From an uncultured Nitrospinaceae bacterium (lineage in GTDB: Bacteria; UBA8248): 28,878 bases of DNA. The translations under genes were made by a program, and so were the position numbers. The stretch covers positions 1 through 28,878 of the forward strand of contig CAXFSR010000005.1 of NCBI GenBank assembly GCA_964005815.1. The letters run 5' to 3'. The notes under the pieces were generated by a model. It was not told where the DNA came from. It did no database searches and saw only the letters and a list, made by a program, of their open reading frames with translations. Shown in pieces: positions 9,800 through 18,714 of this stretch (its first letter is position 1; the number at the start of each line of letters is the position of its first letter).

Positions 9800-10612
9800 T
9801 TAATCAGTAACCCAGATAGACTCTCCATCTTTCTGGCCTATAACATTTGAAAGCGATTCTGCAATTCTTTTCTCTAGATCTAAAAATTCAACAGAGAGAA
9901 CAGACCTTGGTCTAGGCAGGTCAACTACTATTTCATCGGCGATTTTTCCAGGCCTAGGAGACATAACTACTATTCGATCTGATAAATACGCAGCTTCTCT
10001 TACACTATGAGTTACAAATAAAATAGTTTTTTGTGTCTCCATCCATACCTGCACTAATAGTCTTTGCAATGAAGCTCGAGTCTGCGCATCTAAAGCACCG
10101 AAAGGTTCGTCCATTAACATCAACTCTGGATCAAAAGCCAGAGCTCTTGCAATTCCCACTCTTTGTTTCATTCCACCAGATAGACGATATGGATAAATAT
10201 TCTCAAATCCTTTTAATTCTACAAGGTTTAATAATTTTGTGATTGTTTCATTTTGTTCTTCTCTAGGAATTCCCTTCATTCTCATTCCAAAACGTATATT
10301 TGCTGAAACAGTTAGCCAAGGGAAAATTGCAAAATCTTGAAAAACAATTCCTCTATTAAATCCTGGCTCTGTAATTTCTTGTCCATCCATCGAAATTTTA
10401 CCGCCGGTCTGTTGATACAAACCCCCAGCTATCATTAACAGCGTACTCTTTCCACAACCGCTAGGACCTAACAAAGATACAAATTCACTGGATTTAATAT
10501 CAAGACTGACATCGTCAAGTGCCGTTATATGCCTTTTCCTGGATATGCTTTCATCTACCTTGTAAACCATATCCAGATTTTGAATGCTTAACTTAATATC
10601 ATTTGAATTCAT
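9800..10612 (-). CDS. ABC transporter ATP-binding protein (NitT/TauT/SsuB type)
   Basis: Walker A GPSGCGKS, signature LSGGMKQR, Walker B LMLMDEPFGALD, H-loop VTHS, and C-terminal LPRPR. Confidence 0.96.
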   Translation of the reverse strand: MNSNDIKLSIQNLDMVYKVDESISRKRHITALDDVSLDIKSSEFVSLLGPSGCGKSTLLMIAGGLYQQTGGKISMDGQEITEPGFNRGIVFQDFAIFPWLTVSANIRFGMRMKGIPREEQNETITKLLNLVELKGFENIYPYRLSGGMKQRVGIARALAFDPELMLMDEPFGALDAQTRASLQRLLVQVWMETQKTILFVTHSVREAAYLSDRIVVMSPRPGKIADEIVVDLPRPRSVLSVEFLDLEKRIAESLSNVIGQKDGESIWVTD

Positions 10613-10623
10613 TTTTCCCTCGA

Positions 10624-11487
10624 CTATTCACGCAATGTCCCCCATTTCTGAACTGTAGATAGCTCAATACTTCTCAAAAAGAGCCTTTCAACAATTACCC
10701 CTAGTATCCCAACTACAACGATTCCACCATACATCATATCGGCAGCGAGAAAGTCTCTTGCGGCAAAGATACGAAAACCCAATCCTGCTTCGAGTGCTAC
10801 GATCATTTCTCCAGTAACTACGATTCTCCATGCTCTACTGAAAGTAATTCGGTATCCAGCAATTAGATTTGGCAGAGCGCCCGGAACTAACACTTGAAAG
10901 AAAAGAGTAGAACCTTTTGCTCCCATCGCTTGTCCAGCGTGAATCAACGTTCTGTCAACTGTTTTCACACCAGTCCACGCGTTTACCATGCAAGTTATCA
11001 TTCCCTCAAACCATAGTACGGAAATTAGTGTAAAATCACTCAATCCAAACCATAAAATCACAACCGGGAACAAAGCAAGACCAGGGACTGCGAGGAAAAA
11101 GTACATTGGAGGCGCTAGAATTCTTTCAGCCGTGTAGTTCATGCCCATAAACAATCCCAATATAGTGCCGCTTATGATAGCAAGAACAACGCCAACAAAG
11201 AGTCTATAGAGTGACACATAAATATCAAGCCATAAAATTCCAGAGATGGCCTGCTTTTTCATAGCAACCCATATAGTTTCTAAAGGAGGAAATAATACAG
11301 GATGTAGCGTTCCTGAATGTGCAGCAATTTCCCAAAGGACCAGAAGACCAATCAATGGTGCAGCAGTTATAAAGACAGAATATGCAGAACTCTTAAATAC
11401 TTCATACCAAGATAAGGTTATGTAGATTTCTGACTTATCTACTGATTTCTTTTCATTTTCATCAACATTATTATCATTTTCGTTCAA
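10624..11487 (-). CDS. ABC transporter permease (SsuC/TauC type)
   Basis: Several hydrophobic helices, LFPP..., SLYRLFVG, EAA-like loop (IHAGQAMGA), PGALP and GLGF motifs; TTG start. Confidence 0.93.
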   Translation of the reverse strand: MNENDNNVDENEKKSVDKSEIYITLSWYEVFKSSAYSVFITAAPLIGLLVLWEIAAHSGTLHPVLFPPLETIWVAMKKQAISGILWLDIYVSLYRLFVGVVLAIISGTILGLFMGMNYTAERILAPPMYFFLAVPGLALFPVVILWFGLSDFTLISVLWFEGMITCMVNAWTGVKTVDRTLIHAGQAMGAKGSTLFFQVLVPGALPNLIAGYRITFSRAWRIVVTGEMIVALEAGLGFRIFAARDFLAADMMYGGIVVVGILGVIVERLFLRSIELSTVQKWGTLRE

Positions 11488-11509
11488 TATAACCTCATGT
11501 GCTATAAAA

Positions 11510-12820
11510 TCAGGACGGCATATTTACATAAGGATCTGCCGCTATCTCTTTTGGATCTCTTTCTCTTGTACAAATATCAAGAGCTGCCAATGCATATATT
11601 TTTGTTGCGTTATAAAGAGTTGTGATGCTGATATGTTCTCCTAAATCAGCATTCCAGCCATATCCTGAAGTAGCCTCTATATCCTGCACTACACCAGCAG
11701 GTCCATATGTAATAGTTTGTACTCCATATCGATTCATATGAGCTCCATCCAGATACGAAGTCTTTACAATTACGTTTGGCTCTTCTCCCATGATTGCTTT
11801 ATGTGAGTCTATCATTGCTCTAGATGGTAACGAATCAACTGGAATTCCAGATGGAGGATGACTACTATACACCTCTACTTTGGCATTTATGTCTCCAGAT
11901 CTTTCATTTAATTCAGACACCATTTGCTTAAATTCATTTTGCACATCTTGAACTCTTTGCCCTGGTACCATTCGTACATCTACGTATAATTTGCATTCAA
12001 TAGGAGATCGAGCACATCTATAAGGCCAACCTCCTTCAACAGCAGCAACATTAACGTGCGGCCTTTCATTAAGGAAAACATTCCTTTCTCTGTATCCTTT
12101 GATCCATTTTCTAATTTCAGACTGAACACGTTCCATTTTTTCTATTGCACTTTCTGTAAAATCTCCATAACAAGTATGACCCATTGTTCCTCTAGTAGTA
12201 ACTTTGAACCAAATCGTACCACCATGCCAAGGAGCCAATTGCATACCTGTTGGTTCCCCAAGGATACAGAAATCAGTCATATACCCATGTGATATAAGAT
12301 ACCTTGAACCAACTCCGTAACCATCATAAAGCGAATCTTGATACTGATCTATTCGATTTTTTTCTATCTCTCCTGCAACAGATGCACATACAACATCCCC
12401 TTTCAATGGAATACCTGCATCAATAATAGCTTTCACTGCGGTAAGGTAAGAAACATCTGCACTCTTCATGTTGAATGCACCATTTCCAATAATTAAATCC
12501 CCATCAAGAATTGCTTTATTTTTATACCCTGGTTGTGTGAGTTCTGGTTCCTCTCCGCTATAAGAAGTGTCTAAATGACCATTAAACATGAGAGAATATC
12601 CACCGCCAGAACCATTTAACGAGCCAACGGCGTTATATCTGCCCTCTGAGATTTTTTGCAAATCTCCTTCAAGGCCAACTTCTATATATTTTCCATTCAT
12701 ATACCGAGCTGCTTCTTCTTCTGAACCAGTAGGACTTGGAATATCAACCAGCTCCATAGTTGTATTTACTAGAAAATCCCTATCTACATAATCTAAAACT
12801 TTTCTTTGCAAATCATCCAT
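11510..12820 (-). CDS. M20 family (ArgE/DapE-like) amidohydrolase-fold protein with divergent metal ligands
   Basis: LVDIPSPTGSE, FNGHLDT, GEPT, DVRMVPG and YGP motifs. Confidence 0.85.
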   Translation of the reverse strand: MDDLQRKVLDYVDRDFLVNTTMELVDIPSPTGSEEEAARYMNGKYIEVGLEGDLQKISEGRYNAVGSLNGSGGGYSLMFNGHLDTSYSGEEPELTQPGYKNKAILDGDLIIGNGAFNMKSADVSYLTAVKAIIDAGIPLKGDVVCASVAGEIEKNRIDQYQDSLYDGYGVGSRYLISHGYMTDFCILGEPTGMQLAPWHGGTIWFKVTTRGTMGHTCYGDFTESAIEKMERVQSEIRKWIKGYRERNVFLNERPHVNVAAVEGGWPYRCARSPIECKLYVDVRMVPGQRVQDVQNEFKQMVSELNERSGDINAKVEVYSSHPPSGIPVDSLPSRAMIDSHKAIMGEEPNVIVKTSYLDGAHMNRYGVQTITYGPAGVVQDIEATSGYGWNADLGEHISITTLYNATKIYALAALDICTRERDPKEIAADPYVNMPS

Positions 12821-12845
12821 TCTTTACACTCCATTCATAAAGCAC

Positions 12846-12875
12846 CTCCTCTTGCTATTTTAATAGCAAGAGGAG
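12846..12875. terminator. Perfect 14-bp inverted repeat downstream of the substrate-binding protein gene (mRNA-stabilising stem-loop or partial terminator)
   Basis: CTCCTCTTGCTATT-TT-AATAGCAAGAGGAG; no long U tract on the transcribed (-) strand. Confidence 0.75.
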
Positions 12876-12894
12876 ATTGAAAATTTAAACGATA

Positions 12895-13887
12895 TTATTT
12901 CATCAATGAGAAATAAGCATTTTCTACTAGACTTATATCGATATGTTTTGTCACATCAATACTTTTTGGAATTTTCCCTTTTTTAACGCTTACTTCAACA
13001 CCTGCTTGCACTTCAGCAATATCTTTATGAGTGATCATTGCTCTATCCCAACGCATTAATGTGTACACATCTTTTTTTATTTTCGCTTGGCTAAAATTCA
13101 ATCCTACTTGCTGATAAAATTTCACCATAGTTTTTGCAGTTTCATCTCTGTTCGTATTTACGAAACGCATAGCTCTTACATGCGCATTGATAAATCTTTG
13201 CGCTCCGTCAGGATTCTTTTTCTTTATGTATGTCCAAGTTGTTGTTAAGAACACTGGTGATGTATAGCCAAGGGTTTTATCATATTCTTTGGGACCCATA
13301 ACCATACGACCTAGCTTTTTATCTAAAATCAAAGAACCCCATGGTTCCCAAGTTAAACCTGCATCAAGAGCACCACTCTCAAATGCTGCTGGGATGGAAT
13401 CAGTTTTGATATTTCTAATTTTAAAACTTTTTTCAGAAAGACCAATTTTAGAAAGATAAGTCAGCCATGTAGCCCAGGTTCCAGAACCCATTTGAGCCCC
13501 AACTGTTTTTCCAACCAAATCTTTTAAAGTTTTAGTCTTCTTATCTCTGTTTGAAACAAGGACCATATTCTGATTTCCGTACCTATTTAAGGCAATTCCA
13601 ACTACATCAACACCTCTTGCAGCAATTTGTCCAACTCTAGAACCTCTAGTACTAATGATATCTGCAGAACCACCTACAAGTGCATCGATAAGTGCTCTTG
13701 GGCTAGTCACACGACGTTGAACATCTAATCCTTCTGCTTTATAAAATCCTTTTTGTTCAGCAATATATGGAATCACTGCATGAGATGTATTGTCGTGGAT
13801 CAACCTAATCTTTCCTTTTGCTTCTAATGGTGCGCTGAAAGCAAGTAATACAGCAAAACATGAAACCAAAACAAACATTCTTCTCAT
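12895..13887 (-). CDS. ABC transporter substrate-binding protein (SsuA/THI5-like)
   Basis: Start reassigned from 14013 to the ATG at 13887, which has a strong GAGGAGG RBS and gives a signal peptide MRRMFVLVSCFAVLLAFSAPLEA-K. Motifs IAEQKGFYKAEGLDV, DLVGKTVG and LDAGLTWEPW; 330 aa. Confidence 0.9.
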   Translation of the reverse strand: MRRMFVLVSCFAVLLAFSAPLEAKGKIRLIHDNTSHAVIPYIAEQKGFYKAEGLDVQRRVTSPRALIDALVGGSADIISTRGSRVGQIAARGVDVVGIALNRYGNQNMVLVSNRDKKTKTLKDLVGKTVGAQMGSGTWATWLTYLSKIGLSEKSFKIRNIKTDSIPAAFESGALDAGLTWEPWGSLILDKKLGRMVMGPKEYDKTLGYTSPVFLTTTWTYIKKKNPDGAQRFINAHVRAMRFVNTNRDETAKTMVKFYQQVGLNFSQAKIKKDVYTLMRWDRAMITHKDIAEVQAGVEVSVKKGKIPKSIDVTKHIDISLVENAYFSLMK

Positions 13888-14033
13888 AATCACTTCCTCC
13901 TCGTGTTTAGAAAAAAATACTGCTAATTCATGCAAATTTGGCTGTAAAAAAAGGGATCTGCAGGACAAATAGAAAATAGAAACTGACATGTCCTCCAAGA
14001 CACCAGTTGCCAAGAAACTATCAAACAGAAACT

Positions 14034-14067
14034 TTATAATTGATATATATGTATATATATTTTATAA
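14034..14067. promoter_or_regulatory. AT-rich dyad, possible operator/promoter upstream of the SBP gene
   Basis: ATATATAT-GT-ATATATAT (14043-14060) flanked by TTATAA at 14034-14039 and 14062-14067. Low complexity, so weak evidence. Confidence 0.3.
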
Positions 14068-14100
14068 CAAAGAATGATTCAGAATGCAAAAATTAGTTGT

Positions 14101-15837
14101 TTAATTAATTACTGGCAACAAAATATATGGATTGTAAGTTTCCCCAAAATGCAAGGAAACATTTTTACTGAAGGTTTCAAACGGTCTGTCTCTTGAATCA
14201 TCATGGACAAATGGACCGCAACCAGAAAACCTATTCATATTTGGAAGAGTGCTCCCTCCTCCTGTCTGGTAAACATAATCTTTCCCTCTGATTGTAAGCC
14301 CAATTCTATAATTCTTTGGAATTACTACTGATGTTGGCCAGATTTCAATATCTACTTCGTATATATCTCCTGGATTTAAAGGCTGGTCTTCATCATGTGC
14401 ATGATAGGGTCTATAAGGCAAACTTAAATCCGGGTCAAGTTTTCTGCGAGATGCTCTTAGCCAACCTTGCGCGGTAGGAGTTGTTGGATCCAATGCACCT
14501 TGAAATACGACTTCTTTAAAATCTTCTGCAAAAACTCTAACTATTAAAAATAAATCAGCATCTTCCGTTTCTGAAGAAATAAATAATTTAGAAGATAGAG
14601 GACCTGTAATTTCCATTTCAGTTTTCAGTGGAGGAGTAACAAAAGTTACTCCATCACCCAATCCTTTGTATGCAACTATTTTCTCCTCATTGTTGCCTTC
14701 AACTTCTAGAGAAAAGTTTTTAGGGTTTAAATAATATTTCGTCCATTCTGTTCTAGCTAAGGGCCATTCACTTTCTTCTCTTTCGACAAACTTATCTTCA
14801 GGATGGCGGACCTGCAATAATACTTTAGGTTGCTCTTCCCAACCTGTATCTTCACCCTTAAGGTAATGGCCAAAGAATTTTTTTTGGAGTTTCACTCCAT
14901 AGTCTGTATAAAATTCTGTCCAGTGCTCTATTCCATGAACTTCTAACCATTTTTCTTTTGAAGCCGCACTGTTGAAACCTTCAAAGTTACCCCTTGAATG
15001 TAAAGATTGTCCTCCCCAATTGGAAGATGAAAATAACGGCACATTGATCTTGGAAAAATCAGGCATTCTGTCTTCCCAATAAGGATCAGTAGAATAATTA
15101 TTCGAAAAAAGATCATTCGCCATATCTGCTCTATGATAGCCGAGTTCTTCCTCACTCATAGTATCCGGTCCAGAAACCCATTGCCCATTCACTTTGGATC
15201 TGTAACCTTTTGCTCCCATACCATGTTGCCTAGGAAGACATCTTCCTTTGTACCAGTTGCCACCGTATGTGCAGTAGATACCACCATGATGAGACATCTC
15301 TCTATATAAATCCGAAGCACCTTCCCAGATACAGATTGCTTCAAGATGAGGGGGTTGCATTGCGGCTACCTGCCATTGATTAATTGCGTAATAGGAAATT
15401 CCATTTAATCCAATTTTTCCATTTGACCATTCCTGCACTGCTGCCCATTCAATACAGTCGTAAAAATCTTTAGTTTCCCTTTTAGAAAAAGGATCCAGGT
15501 ATCCAGGAGATCTTCCTGCTCCCCTCGAATCTACCCTGACACAAACGTATCCATCTGGAACCCATCTCTCTGGATCAACCACTTCCCAATTTTGATATTT
15601 ACTAGAAGAGTCCGCTAGAATTTCGGGAAAATTTGTAGTCATTGAATCCCACTGTGGAGCGTATGCATCCTGAAATGCTAACCACTTTCCGTATGGCCCA
15701 TGTGTCATAAGGACAGGATATTTTCCATCTTCAACAGGAGAAAAAATATCTGCTCGTAAATTCAACCCATCATCCATCTCAATTGCGACATCCCAAAAGA
15801 TTTTCATTCCGTCTTTAAAGTCAATAGTCCCGCTCAT
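14101..15837 (-). CDS. CocE/NonD family alpha/beta hydrolase, copy 2
   Basis: 578 aa, colinear with copy 1 and sharing the DSRGAGRSPG, GISYY, WLEVHGIEHWTEFYTDYG and GWLRAS motifs. Confidence 0.93.
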   Translation of the reverse strand: MSGTIDFKDGMKIFWDVAIEMDDGLNLRADIFSPVEDGKYPVLMTHGPYGKWLAFQDAYAPQWDSMTTNFPEILADSSSKYQNWEVVDPERWVPDGYVCVRVDSRGAGRSPGYLDPFSKRETKDFYDCIEWAAVQEWSNGKIGLNGISYYAINQWQVAAMQPPHLEAICIWEGASDLYREMSHHGGIYCTYGGNWYKGRCLPRQHGMGAKGYRSKVNGQWVSGPDTMSEEELGYHRADMANDLFSNNYSTDPYWEDRMPDFSKINVPLFSSSNWGGQSLHSRGNFEGFNSAASKEKWLEVHGIEHWTEFYTDYGVKLQKKFFGHYLKGEDTGWEEQPKVLLQVRHPEDKFVEREESEWPLARTEWTKYYLNPKNFSLEVEGNNEEKIVAYKGLGDGVTFVTPPLKTEMEITGPLSSKLFISSETEDADLFLIVRVFAEDFKEVVFQGALDPTTPTAQGWLRASRRKLDPDLSLPYRPYHAHDEDQPLNPGDIYEVDIEIWPTSVVIPKNYRIGLTIRGKDYVYQTGGGSTLPNMNRFSGCGPFVHDDSRDRPFETFSKNVSLHFGETYNPYILLPVIN

Positions 15838-15922
15838 TGTTAATTTCCTTTTTAATTTGTTATTTTATACATCACAATATTATGGATGTTTTTACTATAA
15901 CGTAAGGGAAAGGTATGCACAA

Positions 15923-17074
15923 TTGAATGAACACGAACTCAACGATGAATTAATATTGTTGCAAAATACAATCAAAGATATTACTAATAAATTTATAAAA
16001 CCTAGAGCAAGCGAAATAGACGAAGAAGAAGAATATCCAGAAGATATTTTTCAAGTTCTTAAAGAACATGATTTGCTGGGGTTATTTATTGAGGAAAAGT
16101 ACGAAGGAACAAATCTAGGAATACTTGGAACATGTGTAGCAATAGAAGAAATTGCTAAACACTGTTCGAATTCTCCGTTATTTCTTTCTATCCCCTTACT
16201 TGCATCTAGACCGATTGCAGTTGCTGGCAGTGAAGAACAAAAAAAACATTTCTTAACTAGCACAGCCAAGGGAACAATCAAATGCTCCCTTTCGATGACT
16301 GAACCTCACGCTGGCACAGATGTTGCCAACATTAAAACTCGTGCGGTAAAAGATGGTGATTCATGGGTTATTAATGGTCAAAAAACTTACTGTACAGGCT
16401 CTAGCGAAGCGGATTATATAATCCTAGGGGCAAAGTCAGACCCAGGTGCAGGGTATGAAGGATTGGTTTTTTTAATTGTCCCAACAAATTCTGAAGGATT
16501 CCAAGTTGGAAGACACGAAAGAAAAATGGGAATGAGAGGAATCCCAACTTGCGAACTTGTCTTTGAAAATTGCCGTGTTCCTATCGAAAACCAAATCGGA
16601 GAGGAAAGAACAGGTTTTAAAACAGCCATGCTTGGCTTCAATCAAGCTAGACCTGCAATAGGAGCAAGGGGTGTGGGGCTTGCACAAGGATGTTTAGATT
16701 ACGCCATAGAATATGCTAAAGAGCGAGAAGCCTTTTCAAGACCTATTGCTAAATTTCAAGGCATACAATTAATGATAGCTGAAATGTTTATTAATATTGA
16801 AGCTGCAAGACTTTTAGTACATAAAGCAGCTAGATTGATAGATAACGGTAATTTTGGAAAAGAATATGCTCATCATTTCTCAGCTGCAAAAAGTTTTTCA
16901 TCTGACGTAGCTATGAAAACATCTGTAGACAGCATACAAATTTTAGGTGGTGCAGGATATATGAAAGATCACCCACTTGAACGTTTCATGAGAGATGCGA
17001 AACAATTACAAATAATTGAGGGAACCACACAAATCCAACAAATCCTGATAGCAAAAAATTTGCTTGGATATTAA
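15923..17074 (+). CDS. Acyl-CoA dehydrogenase (short/medium-chain type)
   Basis: MTEPHAGTD, WVINGQKTY, KMGMRG, REAFSRPI, QILGGAGY and IIEGTTQIQ motifs. The likely start is the TTG at 15923 after GGAAAGG, rather than 15857. Confidence 0.93.
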   Translation: MNEHELNDELILLQNTIKDITNKFIKPRASEIDEEEEYPEDIFQVLKEHDLLGLFIEEKYEGTNLGILGTCVAIEEIAKHCSNSPLFLSIPLLASRPIAVAGSEEQKKHFLTSTAKGTIKCSLSMTEPHAGTDVANIKTRAVKDGDSWVINGQKTYCTGSSEADYIILGAKSDPGAGYEGLVFLIVPTNSEGFQVGRHERKMGMRGIPTCELVFENCRVPIENQIGEERTGFKTAMLGFNQARPAIGARGVGLAQGCLDYAIEYAKEREAFSRPIAKFQGIQLMIAEMFINIEAARLLVHKAARLIDNGNFGKEYAHHFSAAKSFSSDVAMKTSVDSIQILGGAGYMKDHPLERFMRDAKQLQIIEGTTQIQQILIAKNLLGY

Positions 17075-17099
17075 TTTCCAAAATAGGATTCCTTACAAC

Positions 17100-18215
17100 A
17101 TGCGAATACTTATCATATCTCATGCGTATGCAATTCCTATTTGGTTGGAAAAAATTAATGAAATTTCAAAAGATCCCTCTCTAGAAATATCAGTTTTAAC
17201 TCCCAAGGTATTTTGGGACTCAGGTCGAAAATCAGTTACATACCCGGAAAGAAAAGAATCGTATAATCTTTTGACAGGGAATGTTATGTTCTCAAATAGA
17301 GTAACCGGACATTTTTATATCCAAGGATTAAAAAAAGCAATTAGAGAAGTTAATCCTGATATTATACATTTAGAAGAAGAACCTTGGAGCAATGTTGCAG
17401 CTCAAATTCATATCATTAAAAAAATCTATCTTCTCAAGTTTAAATTAATTGTTTTTTCATGGGAAAATTTAGATTTAAATCTTCGAAAAATTTATAATAT
17501 TACAGAGAACATAACCCTTCGTAATGCTGATCTTTTAATTGCAGGTGGAAAAACTAGCAAAGAACGATTAATTAGACGTGGGGCAAAGCCAGATTCTGTA
17601 AGAATACTTCCTCAATTTGGACTGGATCCAGAATTATTTAGACTCCCATTAGAAAATGAAAGAAACAAAACTTTCACCATTGCCTATATCGGAAGGATTA
17701 TGCATTTAAAAGGTGTAGACCTTGCCATTAAAGCATTCCAGAATCTTAATGGAGAATGGAAAGCAATCTTTGTAGGCAGCGGTAATATGAAACAAGAAAT
17801 TTTAGAACTAACAAAAGAATTATCTCTTAAAGAAAAAATAGAATTCATAGATTGGGTAGACCATTATGATATTCCTTCATATATGCGTAAAGCTCATGTT
17901 CTTGTTGTTCCCTCTAGAACAACTTCAAACTGGGCAGAACAATTCAGTCATCCCTTAATAGAAGCTATGAGTTCTGGAACTGTACCAATTGGATCGGATT
18001 CGGGTGAAATTCCTCATGTTATTGGCAAAGAGGGTCTGATTGTTGAGGAAGATAATCACATTTCGTTGCAAAATGCTATACAGAAACTTATGGACAATCC
18101 ACAACTACTCTCTGATTTGTCACAGGCAGGAAGAAAAAAAGTATTAAATCAATATTCATGGAAATGTATTGCTGAAAAAACAATACAATTTTACAGAGAA
18201 ATATATTCACCATAA
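17100..18215 (+). CDS. Glycosyltransferase family 4 (GT-B)
   Basis: MRILIISHAY start (ATG 17100), PDIIH, IGRI...KG and EQFSHPLIEAM (E-x7-E) motifs. Confidence 0.9.
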   Translation: MRILIISHAYAIPIWLEKINEISKDPSLEISVLTPKVFWDSGRKSVTYPERKESYNLLTGNVMFSNRVTGHFYIQGLKKAIREVNPDIIHLEEEPWSNVAAQIHIIKKIYLLKFKLIVFSWENLDLNLRKIYNITENITLRNADLLIAGGKTSKERLIRRGAKPDSVRILPQFGLDPELFRLPLENERNKTFTIAYIGRIMHLKGVDLAIKAFQNLNGEWKAIFVGSGNMKQEILELTKELSLKEKIEFIDWVDHYDIPSYMRKAHVLVVPSRTTSNWAEQFSHPLIEAMSSGTVPIGSDSGEIPHVIGKEGLIVEEDNHISLQNAIQKLMDNPQLLSDLSQAGRKKVLNQYSWKCIAEKTIQFYREIYSP

Positions 18216-18294
18216 ATAAGAGTACATTACGTTTTAGTTTGCAATCAAAAGTGATATCTTTTCTTTACTTTTTAGCTAGAAACAGGAGAAACAT

Positions 18295-18711
18295 ATGTCC
18301 CCTTTCGTTAATGCAGACGATGAAAATACTTGGCCGAAAGATGTTTTGATTCCACTTGAGGAAGCTTACACAGATGACAGAGGAATAATACAAAACCTAT
18401 TGGAAGGAAAGATAGGCAGTGCAGTACTGATCACATCAAAGAAAGACTCTATTCGTGCGAATCATTATCACGAAACGGACTGGCATTTCTGTCATGTGCA
18501 AGAAGGTGAAATAGAATACTTTCACAGACCAGTTGGAAGTAGTAAGGCACCAGAAATGCTAACCATCAAATCAGGAGAAATGTTCTTCACTCCACCCATG
18601 GTTGAACATGCAATGAAATTTACAAAAGACACTATTTTTCTAACGCTCGCAAGAAATGCGAGAAATCCTGAAGCATATGAATCTGATGTTATCAGGGTAA
18701 ATCTTATATAA
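18295..18711 (+). CDS. Cupin-domain protein (possible NDP-sugar isomerase/epimerase)
   Basis: DDRG, RANHYH and PPMVEHA motifs; AGGAG RBS; lies in a sugar-nucleotide cluster. Confidence 0.75.
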   Translation: MSPFVNADDENTWPKDVLIPLEEAYTDDRGIIQNLLEGKIGSAVLITSKKDSIRANHYHETDWHFCHVQEGEIEYFHRPVGSSKAPEMLTIKSGEMFFTPPMVEHAMKFTKDTIFLTLARNARNPEAYESDVIRVNLI

Positions 18712-18714
18712 AAT

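Noticed and set aside
11510..11512. TGA ending the M20 gene as a second Sec codon
   Set aside because: The protein is already full length, no GC-rich hairpin follows, and the permease gene starts 22 nt later.
13888..14013. 42-residue N-terminal extension of the SBP in the ORF track
   Set aside because: A strong RBS and a signal peptide point to the ATG at 13887. Similar over-extensions apply to the track starts at 15857 and 17064.
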